Virus record (IMG/VR): IMGVR_UViG_3300023202_000205
Coordinates: 32,001 to 96,000 of that record
From: a virus
Strand: one strand, 5' to 3'
Length of the DNA stretch: 64,000 nt
Position 1 is the stretch's first letter; every line of letters starts with the position of its first letter. Below the pieces are notes generated by a model, which saw only the letters and a program-made list of their open reading frames with translations, was not told the origin of the DNA and did no database searches. Made by a program: the position numbers and the translations under genes. Of this stretch, positions 44,541 through 52,467 are shown piece after piece.

Positions 44541-47538
44541 CGACCGGAGCCCTCACCGCGTCCTCTTGCTCCTTCTTCTTACGCTTGAGATAACGAACAA
44601 GTGCCCTGGCCCGCGCACGATCCAACTGCCGGTAAGGCTTATTAGTCGCAAGCCCCATACTGGCATAGAAGTCCGTCAAAGCCTCCGTCGGGTCTACTGC
44701 CTCAAACCCCTCAGGTACCTGAGGAGTTTCCCCAACACGAAGACCAACACGGTATCCATGGAAACCCTCATCTGGAATACCCGATTCAGGCACAAAAGGT
44801 ATCTCCGACTCATAAGGAGCAGGCTTACCTGGTCCTTCCGTAGGCAGTGCAAAACGCCGCTGCGGCAACCTCCGAACAACCACCTTCCCCTCTGGCGTCA
44901 GAAGTATGTGCTGCTGCAGCGGTTTGAACTGCGCGACATCAGCAGTCTTATGTTGATCCACGCCCCCCGTACTCGCCCGATCCTTTTGGTCGAGCGTAGC
45001 CTGGACAGGTTGTTGCTGGGCAAACTCGATCTGCTCAGTGGCTTCTGGAGTATCGTCGAAGACTTCCGACTGTACGTCCTGAGAAGAATCCCTGCTCCGC
45101 AGGTGCGTATTCCCACCAAGATCAGGGTCAAGCTGCCCGGGAGACGGAATAAGCGCTGCCCTCTTTAGAATAGCCGAATAGTCGAGCCCCGTCTTCGTAG
45201 CAGCACCGGCGTTTGCCGCCAGTTGTTGCTGCTCATTCTCCGTAGGGCCAATCACGCCAGGGGCTGGCTGATTCATAGCTGTACCGGGGGCCTCCGTCTT
45301 TACCGGGAGTGCTGGGTTTTGCGCCCCATTGTCCAGCTCAGCAAGAATCTCTTCCTCATCCTCCGTATCGGGAATGGTCGCGATCTCGTCGTCATCCGCA
45401 GCTCCCGTACCAATCGTCTGGTCAGGGATCTCAGCGGCGGTCACCTGCATACCTGGTTGGGGTTGCTGCAAAGGCTGGGAAGGCATCTGAGGAGGAGCCG
45501 CATGCTGGGCCATGGGAGGTTGGCCGGTAGCCTGCTGACCCTGCTGTCCCTGCATCAACTGCCTGACAAAATTCTGAGCAACGAATTCAGGATCACCTTC
45601 CTCCAATCGCTGCTGAGAAGGGAGGGGCACCTGCTGACCACCTTGAGCAGGTGGTTGCTGGGCTGGCATACCCGCTTGGTCAGCAGGCGGCTGGTCTGCG
45701 CCCTCCGGAGGAGGAGGCGGAGGGGCAAAAGCCGCACTCTGCGCCTGCTTGGCTGCTGCATATTTGTTGTATGCCAACTCAACCCTCTGAAGCACCTCGA
45801 TAGGGGGCTCCATCGCGTGCTCAGTATAGGTGTCCGCCAGCTTGACTGCTCGGGAAAGCTCAGACAGGAGCTCCTCCGAGGCATGTTTGAACTTGCCTGC
45901 ATCCTCAATATCCCCGACCTGCGTATGCTTCTGCTCTACCTTATGAGCTGAAGTAAGACCATCGGCAGTACGAGCACTACCTGGAGCAGTCTTAGGCTTC
46001 TCGGTAGCAACGGCGTGTATATCGGTGTTAATCTGATCCGTCCAGGTCCCTCTCTGACCGCTACTATAGTCCGTTTCATAATCGTCATGACGCACCTGCT
46101 CCCCATAAGCAGAACCAGCTTGTTTAACCGGTTTGAGAGAAGACTTCACTTTGGCTAGCCGCTTAGCGTTGGCTACGAGCTGGCGGCGCTCCTCGTTATT
46201 GCGCTTTGCCCACCCCTGATCCTCTCGGTCGATCAACTCCTTTAAGCGGGAGAGGACCTTATCGAACGGCATCAACTCGAAGTCTTCCTGGTCGTCGTGA
46301 GTGATGCCTGCCTCACCAGCATCTACCCCGAAAAAGAAGTACGTGCGCTCTCCATCGAAATCTGAGTTATCCCAGAACTCGTTGCCACTATCCTTTGGCC
46401 ACACGGCCTCAACTGTACCAGCGTTGTAAACATTGATAGGGTGGCGGTTCGACTCTTCGATCGTCTCACGAATGGCGGCGTCTCGAGGCTGCTCGCCATC
46501 ATCGACACCCCCACCTGGAAACAGGAGATAGTCGCCTTTATCAATTGCGTAAACCCCACCCGTGTTGAATAGAATCATCTCCGACCGAGGCCGTAGCTTG
46601 TTCTCAGGAGCGGAATCGTGGTGATCAACGAGAGGCTCCCGCTCTTCACCAGCTGTTTTCCCCTGCTCAGAACCTCGCCAAAGACGGCACCAGTGCTCCG
46701 GCTGGATCTCGCCCCGTACCTGTGAGCAGATGTACTTGCCACTCACCACTTTCTGAAAGGCGAACTTGCAACTACCGCACTTCTGCTCCCCTCGGGGCTC
46801 CTTTTTGTAGGTTGCCAGCTCTTTGGACATCTTGTAATTAGGCGTTCCCGACCCGAGCAGGTAGTAGAGCAGTGGAGTCTCCCGCTGCTCCTCTTCCGGC
46901 AATTTGTGGAACCGCTCGATAGCCTGCTGTACCCCTGGAGGGGCATCTTTACCTGCTCCTGGGTAGTGGGTCAGGTTACCGTGCTCATCCTCACCTCTAC
47001 GCTCCAAAAGCCTCTGATACATCCCCTTGATGTCTGCAGACTCCGCCGCCAACTTACCATTCTCGATCAATTGGTCCTGCTCAATCTGGCGAAGCGCCAG
47101 CTTGATCTGCGCCTCTTCAATCCACTCACTAATTTTGTGGAAGCCAACAGGCATACCCGAAGAGTAGCGGTCCACCTTTTCAATGTACTTCATGAGATTA
47201 GCGTTACTCGGACGGGCTGGGTTACCACCAGTAGGGGTCGTATAGAAAGGTTCGTTTCTCTTGGGGGAAAGATCCTGCTCGTCTTTCACACCAGCCTCCT
47301 TGGTCACAGCCTCCAGCGCCTCTATAGCTGCTTCTACATCTCGTCGTGTCCGGGCTTTGGTAGCCTCGACTACTTCAGAGATCGCGCTTACAGGTAGGTC
47401 TGCTACCCGCTGAGCAAGCGTTTTGTTCTTTTTGCGAGTAGGGCGCTTGGCATCAGGTACGCGTTTATACGACTTCCGTGAGCCGATGACGTCACGCAGT
47501 CTCTTACCCAAGCTCGAGGTAAACTGTGGCTGATTCAA
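44530..47538 (-). CDS. Multidomain internal polyprotein: HiPIP-like Cys4 domain, Nudix hydrolase and degenerate second Nudix
   Basis: CGSC...C..VRGEIQPEHWCRLW (about 46680-46810) and Nudix box GGGVDDGEQPRDAAIRETIEES (about 46446-46516), with about 15 K-x-A motifs. Confidence 0.75.
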   Translation of the reverse strand: MNQPQFTSSLGKRLRDVIGSRKSYKRVPDAKRPTRKKNKTLAQRVADLPVSAISEVVEATKARTRRDVEAAIEALEAVTKEAGVKDEQDLSPKRNEPFYTTPTGGNPARPSNANLMKYIEKVDRYSSGMPVGFHKISEWIEEAQIKLALRQIEQDQLIENGKLAAESADIKGMYQRLLERRGEDEHGNLTHYPGAGKDAPPGVQQAIERFHKLPEEEQRETPLLYYLLGSGTPNYKMSKELATYKKEPRGEQKCGSCKFAFQKVVSGKYICSQVRGEIQPEHWCRLWRGSEQGKTAGEEREPLVDHHDSAPENKLRPRSEMILFNTGGVYAIDKGDYLLFPGGGVDDGEQPRDAAIRETIEESNRHPINVYNAGTVEAVWPKDSGNEFWDNSDFDGERTYFFFGVDAGEAGITHDDQEDFELMPFDKVLSRLKELIDREDQGWAKRNNEERRQLVANAKRLAKVKSSLKPVKQAGSAYGEQVRHDDYETDYSSGQRGTWTDQINTDIHAVATEKPKTAPGSARTADGLTSAHKVEQKHTQVGDIEDAGKFKHASEELLSELSRAVKLADTYTEHAMEPPIEVLQRVELAYNKYAAAKQAQSAAFAPPPPPPEGADQPPADQAGMPAQQPPAQGGQQVPLPSQQRLEEGDPEFVAQNFVRQLMQGQQGQQATGQPPMAQHAAPPQMPSQPLQQPQPGMQVTAAEIPDQTIGTGAADDDEIATIPDTEDEEEILAELDNGAQNPALPVKTEAPGTAMNQPAPGVIGPTENEQQQLAANAGAATKTGLDYSAILKRAALIPSPGQLDPDLGGNTHLRSRDSSQDVQSEVFDDTPEATEQIEFAQQQPVQATLDQKDRASTGGVDQHKTADVAQFKPLQQHILLTPEGKVVVRRLPQRRFALPTEGPGKPAPYESEIPFVPESGIPDEGFHGYRVGLRVGETPQVPEGFEAVDPTEALTDFYASMGLATNKPYRQLDRARARALVRYLKRKKKEQEDAVRAPVDAA

Positions 47539-48998
47539 ACCACGTACCTTTCTTCCGGTTCATCACTCGTAAGCAGATTTTTGAGTAGTGCAGCACCCAG
47601 GCCCACTCCCCCACCGATGAGGGCTCCCTTACCAAAGCGCGGTTTGAACTCCCGCCACATAGACGGGCTACTCCCAGGGAGATAGGCGTCCTGTGCTTCC
47701 TGCATCCGTCGAGCAGCGGTGGAAGGTTCCATTTCGGTCGCCTGGAAGTTACGCCCCAGCTGTCCCAGAAGAGCACGCCTGTCTGGCTCAACCGCCTGGT
47801 AGGACTGGTTACCCTGATAAGCCCCGTAACCACCATACCCTAAGCCACCCGCCCCAGCACCACCTAGGGTGTACAGCAGGATGTCAGCCATACTGCCACG
47901 CTTCTCTTCTGAGGCCGTCTTCTTCATGTCCTCAGGCAGGAAAAGCTCTGCGGGGTTGAGTGCGGAGGCGAACTTGGGGCGGTAGACCTCTTGGTCGTCT
48001 TGCTCAGGACGGCCCTTTTCACGAGCCCGATTGAGCAGCCGGTAAAGTGCATATAACCCGACTCCGCCCAAAGCAGCACCGCCGCCCCACTTGGCTACGT
48101 CTCCCCACGGAACGGAACTTCCAAAGTCTACGCCACCACGGACGTTAATAGGAAGCCCCTTCTCGGAGATGTTTTTAAGAGCTTGAGCTCCTGCCCCCGT
48201 CCCTTCTCGAACGTTCTTGATGGCTCCCTTCGCCTCCGAAGTAACGTCACCAAGGCCCTTGGTGCCCTCCTCCAAATTGCTGAGAACCTTGTTCAGATTC
48301 TCTGCCGTGCGGTCAGCTTCGCTTACACCAAGCGCAAGACCACCCAACCCGACTTTGGACCCAAGACCACCAGTCATAGCCCAGGTAGCACGGTTCGAGG
48401 CTCTCGGTCCGAGAATCGCCTCGATGCGGGAAAGATCGTCCATACTGGAGATCTCGATGGGAGGGCCGCCCTTTTGCGGAAGAGTATATGTCCCCGGTGC
48501 CTCTCCCATGTTCCACACGGGGTCGTCGAACTTCCCCTTGCGAGCGGTACGTAGAGCCTTGCCAGGATCACCACCCATGTACTGGTGACGAAGCCCACGC
48601 GTGCCCGAGAGCGCACCAAGCAGGCCAAGTGTCGCCGCACTCTCTGGGCTCTCTGGATCAAGTGCATAGCCAGTACCGGCACCCGCAGCTCCACCACCGG
48701 CTACCCAAGGTACGTCACGTACCATGCCTCGGAGAGCTGGGCCGACAGCCGCCCGCTTCTTGAGGCTCTTTTTGACCGCCTGCCCATTCTTCACATCCAT
48801 CAAACCGGCTCCCTCGAGTTTCTCGTAATAGTTGGGGTCTTCCTGGAGGTGCTCTTCAGCGATCTGCTCCGCCTCTGCTGAATCAGATGTGTGCTCAAGT
48901 TCCTCTTCGGAACCGAGCTCGCGCTCCTTCTCGATCGGCCATTTTCCCTCTCGAGCGGCCTTAGAAAGGATGCGTTCCACCGTTTCAGCAGGGGTCAT
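47535..48998 (-). CDS. Internal protein with N-terminal DUF5661-like domain and glycine zippers
   Basis: ELEHTSDSAEAEQIAEEHLQEDPNYYEKL matches the DUF5661 pattern as I recall it; several GGAA.GA zippers follow KRAA, KFAS and KTAS. Confidence 0.7.
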   Translation of the reverse strand: MTPAETVERILSKAAREGKWPIEKERELGSEEELEHTSDSAEAEQIAEEHLQEDPNYYEKLEGAGLMDVKNGQAVKKSLKKRAAVGPALRGMVRDVPWVAGGGAAGAGTGYALDPESPESAATLGLLGALSGTRGLRHQYMGGDPGKALRTARKGKFDDPVWNMGEAPGTYTLPQKGGPPIEISSMDDLSRIEAILGPRASNRATWAMTGGLGSKVGLGGLALGVSEADRTAENLNKVLSNLEEGTKGLGDVTSEAKGAIKNVREGTGAGAQALKNISEKGLPINVRGGVDFGSSVPWGDVAKWGGGAALGGVGLYALYRLLNRAREKGRPEQDDQEVYRPKFASALNPAELFLPEDMKKTASEEKRGSMADILLYTLGGAGAGGLGYGGYGAYQGNQSYQAVEPDRRALLGQLGRNFQATEMEPSTAARRMQEAQDAYLPGSSPSMWREFKPRFGKGALIGGGVGLGAALLKNLLTSDEPEERYVV

Positions 48999-49006
48999 GG
49001 CACACC

Positions 49007-49195
49007 TCAGGAACGAGACTTGAGAAGTCGGTATAGCTGGTCTACAGGGCTTGCGGACCCTTTCTTCTCCCAGGTTTCAGGGACCCGGTTTTCCTTATTA
49101 GCCGTTGAGTAGAACACTTCTTTAGCCTTCTTGTCAGACTTGTACGTGTCCTTCATCGACTCCATGACTTTTTTGGCCTTGCCCTTGAGCGGCAT
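49007..49195 (-). CDS. Small basic phage protein
   Basis: MPLKGKAKKVMESMKDTY...KEVFYSTANK; SD GGGGG upstream. Confidence 0.65.
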   Translation of the reverse strand: MPLKGKAKKVMESMKDTYKSDKKAKEVFYSTANKENRVPETWEKKGSASPVDQLYRLLKSRS

Positions 49196-49292
49196 AGATC
49201 ACCCCCAGCAGTAGGTACTGTAGTATCCTACGCGAGGACCTGTATAGGGCCACCCTTCTACCTAGGCGGCACCCGTACAGACCCCAGGAGAA

Positions 49293-49310
49293 AGTGTTCG
49301 CGAGAACACT
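49293..49310. promoter_or_regulatory. Palindromic junction motif (7-bp arms)
   Basis: agtgttc-gcga-gaacact overlaps the TAG of 49309-49896. Confidence 0.7.
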
Positions 49311-49896
49311 ATCCGTCGATCAGCTCTTTCCCCTTATCGACCGCGAAAGTCGTAGCGAAGTCGGTCAGCTTATCGATCACCGCCTTGGGCAGGAAGGCCC
49401 GAACGCTTTCAGGTAGTTTACCAATCAGCTTGACCAGCACCCTATCCAGCAGATCGTCCAGCTCATCCTCCCCCAGACGTTCAATCAGGTCGATGTTCTC
49501 CTTGGCGAACTTACGCAACACCCTGTCCTTAACGTAGTTACGCAACTTGGTCCAGTGATGGCTCCACCGGAACCCGCCCCCGTCTGAGACATCCTTGAGG
49601 ATTGGGGGGATATTGGTAATCAGCCAATGTTCGGCAGTCGAGATGGCAAACGGAGTCACGCGAGTGTCGATCAGGTGATTCCGCTGCTCCCAGAGAGACT
49701 TTTCCTTGTCGATCTCAGCCTTCTCGGAGTCGACTTTGACCTTCTTACGGACCATCGTCGCGATCCACGTCACGAGGGCCACCAGAGCGGCTCCAGCCAC
49801 GGCCACCCAGGTCGTGGTCTCAGGCATGCCTGAGTCAGCCTCCTCAGCGACAAGCAGAGCTGGCAGCAACAAGAGAACGAGGGGATGATAACGCAT
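49309..49896 (-). CDS. Membrane protein with signal-like N-terminus and one TM helix (possible lysis accessory)
   Basis: MRYHPLVLLLLPALLVAEEA then WVAVAGAALVALVTWIATMV; SD AAGGAG. Confidence 0.6.
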   Translation of the reverse strand: MRYHPLVLLLLPALLVAEEADSGMPETTTWVAVAGAALVALVTWIATMVRKKVKVDSEKAEIDKEKSLWEQRNHLIDTRVTPFAISTAEHWLITNIPPILKDVSDGGGFRWSHHWTKLRNYVKDRVLRKFAKENIDLIERLGEDELDDLLDRVLVKLIGKLPESVRAFLPKAVIDKLTDFATTFAVDKGKELIDG

Positions 49897-49919
49897 AGAA
49901 GGGTCTCCTTTGTAGGAGT

Positions 49920-49948
49920 AGAATACCCTTGATAAACCGTATTAGCAA
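49920..49948 (-). promoter_or_regulatory. sigma70-type promoter
   Basis: Minus strand TTGCTA-17 nt-TATTCT upstream of the SD and ATG at 49896. Confidence 0.6.
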
Positions 49949-49957
49949 GAGACTAGG

Positions 49958-50869
49958 TCAGCCCGTGGAGTCACACTCGCGACGGTGTCGTTCTCGTACC
50001 GCCTCCTTTGTCTCCACGGTACTGTAACCGCCAGATCCGCCATCATCAGAACCGTGCTTCTCGTAGTTCTTGAGCTTCTTCCCCATTTTCTTGACGAGTT
50101 GCTCGTACCCTTCGCTGCCAACAGGGTAGCCCTCCTTGATCAGCACGGAAGAATCGGTAGCAGCGTACAGGGTGCCTTCATCAATATCCTCAACAGCCTT
50201 GTAATACCCATCCAGGACGTCCTCGCACAGGAGTCTCGCGCGGCCTCTCAAATCCTCTATGGCTACATCCCGCTCTTGGAAATCGCCGTGGTAAAGAGGT
50301 ATAGCCCACCCCCAGAGGGTCTCCCAAACAAGCTGGATATGGTTATCAAAAAGCGATTTGTAGGGATACCGGATCCCGCTGAATTTATCAACCGACGCCT
50401 TTGCGTTCTGAGATGCTTGCTTCCAAGCCCGGAAAATACGGCGAGTAGTAATAGACTCGTTCCCAATAAAGTGATTGTTGTCGATAGAGTTGACAAGCAA
50501 TCGAACGGTCTCCTCACGACACCAATTCCACTGATAACCAATAATCAGCTTCGCGTTCTCCATGGTAATTACGACACCAGAAGCGGCATTGAGGTTGACT
50601 AGCTCCTGCGCAATCTTCTCGAGCAGAGACCTAGTCTGACCACCGTCTTGTAAAGAGAGCATCTCCCGAGTCTCGTCACAAATAGCCCTGACACCAGCCG
50701 CATCTCTACTCATCTTGTCAAGCTGCTCAATCAATGCCTGTAACTCAGACCGCCCACGCAAACGCTCCCTATGGGAGAGCACTCTGTAAATCACTGCTAT
50801 AACAGTAATAGCGAGGACCACCCAGGGGGACGCGTCTTGAAGAAGATCAGCTAGCCGTGCTAAGTCCAC
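49958..50869 (-). CDS. N-terminally membrane-anchored coiled-coil protein (holin-like topology)
   Basis: PWVVLAITVIAVIY TM helix followed by a coiled coil; GTG start with SD GGAG. Confidence 0.55.
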   Translation of the reverse strand: MDLARLADLLQDASPWVVLAITVIAVIYRVLSHRERLRGRSELQALIEQLDKMSRDAAGVRAICDETREMLSLQDGGQTRSLLEKIAQELVNLNAASGVVITMENAKLIIGYQWNWCREETVRLLVNSIDNNHFIGNESITTRRIFRAWKQASQNAKASVDKFSGIRYPYKSLFDNHIQLVWETLWGWAIPLYHGDFQERDVAIEDLRGRARLLCEDVLDGYYKAVEDIDEGTLYAATDSSVLIKEGYPVGSEGYEQLVKKMGKKLKNYEKHGSDDGGSGGYSTVETKEAVRERHRRECDSTG

Positions 50870-50873
50870 AGAG

Positions 50874-50895
50874 TACGCTCCTGCTGCTGAGCGTA
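50874..50895 (-). promoter_or_regulatory. RBS-occluding hairpin
   Basis: Minus strand TACGCTC-agcagcag-GAGCGTA; most of the GGAG of the 50869 gene is in the 3' arm. Confidence 0.45.
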
Positions 50896-51085
50896 TTATG
50901 CTTAAAAAGCCGTCAATTTGAAGATAGAAGACATCTCAGCACACCGCCCCGATCCCCGCGCGCTATTTATATACCCTTACGCGCTAGTAGCTTATTGCGA
51001 TTTAGGGTCTTGAGCATTACAGCCGCACCTCTAGTGGGCGATGCCTAGTTGTGCTGATTTACGGATAAAGAGAATTTTTCCCAAT

Positions 51086-52015
51086 CTATGAACCAGTTAA
51101 TGCTAGCCCCCACTTGTCTACCAGATAACTGATGATGTCGTCATGCTCTTGGTCACCGACCGTCCAGTCTAGTCCGGTGTCAGTCGAGTACTCGAACATT
51201 TCACCAAGCGCTACTGACGGCCCCAGAGAATCGATAGTGATTAGTTCGCCCCCATTAGACGGCCATCTGGTAGAGGTGCCGGTAAACGTAGTGGCGAGGA
51301 CATCATCGACATACCAAGTGGAATCTAGTCCATTGTTGCTGATCTCCACCGTTATCACATAAGGGCCTTCTAATTTACCATATATGAAGGTTGTATTATC
51401 GGCCAGTCTAATTCGATTGATGTTACCCTGTTGGAATATCGAGTGTGATGATCCTCTTCTTGGTATGTGAGAACCGCCCGCAGGGGAGGTGTCGTCAAGC
51501 CTTTGGGCCACTACGTACATGATACGCCGCGACGTATCGGACGCCGGCGGCGACGATCCAGGATAGGACAGATTGGTATTGGAGCCCAGTTCGTCGCTGA
51601 TTGTATTCAACCCGTTAATCGTATGGACGCCATAATCCATCTGAGCGTTAGTATCGCTCGCAGGGTCCCCCCACACACCAGACTTATCGGTGACTTCTCT
51701 ATCCGAGCCTACTATATTGACTGAGGACGCGTCACTCAAGTCATACCAGTAATAGAGACCATTGAAGGAATCCGGCCCGCCTCCAGAGGGCTCGGCATCG
51801 TCTGACACCTGCTTGGCCGTTTCAAAGGCTGCCTTGTCGAACTCCACAGGAGGGATTATGTCATCATAAAACTCGGGATCCTCTTGGGCAGACATCCTCA
51901 CTAAAACCTTGCTGGGGTCCCCCGGCTTTTCATGCCACGTTTTGACCTTACGAAGATCGTAAGCAGGACTGTCGCCCCCTGCTGGGTACCAAATGTGGTC
52001 AGATGTAACGGTCAT
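51086..52015 (-). CDS. Fibre/receptor-binding-type protein with C-terminal LamG/ConA-like domain
   Basis: N-terminal module shared with 62571-62771. 'YYWYDLSDASSV', 'G.HTINGLN' and the C-terminal '....ISYLVDKWGL' are typical of phage lectin-like tips. Confidence 0.6.
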   Translation of the reverse strand: MTVTSDHIWYPAGGDSPAYDLRKVKTWHEKPGDPSKVLVRMSAQEDPEFYDDIIPPVEFDKAAFETAKQVSDDAEPSGGGPDSFNGLYYWYDLSDASSVNIVGSDREVTDKSGVWGDPASDTNAQMDYGVHTINGLNTISDELGSNTNLSYPGSSPPASDTSRRIMYVVAQRLDDTSPAGGSHIPRRGSSHSIFQQGNINRIRLADNTTFIYGKLEGPYVITVEISNNGLDSTWYVDDVLATTFTGTSTRWPSNGGELITIDSLGPSVALGEMFEYSTDTGLDWTVGDQEHDDIISYLVDKWGLALTGS

Positions 52016-52027
52016 AAGTGGGTCCTA

Positions 52028-52459
52028 TCAGGAAGCGTCCGCTACAGCCTGGTTGACCACAGCCACCCGCCGCTGCTCAGTTCGGTCGGCGATCATAGCA
52101 TCGAGAAGCTGATCCAAAAGCTGGAGCACCTCCATGGGAGTCACACCCACGTGGAGGCCTTGAGTGAAGGTGTCGGGAAGAGCTGCCACAGCGGCCACCG
52201 TCATATCCACTAGCTGGGGCATTCCACCATCAGAGTCTGGATAGTTGCTAGGGTCGGTGGGATCTCCGACCGCAGCACCGGCCTCGGCCGGGATGTCAGT
52301 ACGGGTGTGACCCCGTAGTTCGCCGTCGACGGTCGACTCCCGTTCGGAATGTACCCTAATGCGGTTAGCCTTACCCGACTCTCGAAGCGCCTCCATACGC
52401 CAAGCGCGTTGAATAACGGTCAAGTTGGTAGGGTCGGTGTTAATGATAGTCGTTGACAT
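52028..52459 (-). CDS. Hypothetical protein (tail-fibre associated)
   Basis: Likely start ATG 52459 with SD GGAG, immediately after the long fibre gene. Confidence 0.55.
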   Translation of the reverse strand: MSTTIINTDPTNLTVIQRAWRMEALRESGKANRIRVHSERESTVDGELRGHTRTDIPAEAGAAVGDPTDPSNYPDSDGGMPQLVDMTVAAVAALPDTFTQGLHVGVTPMEVLQLLDQLLDAMIADRTEQRRVAVVNQAVADAS

Positions 52460-52467
52460 TACTGCTC

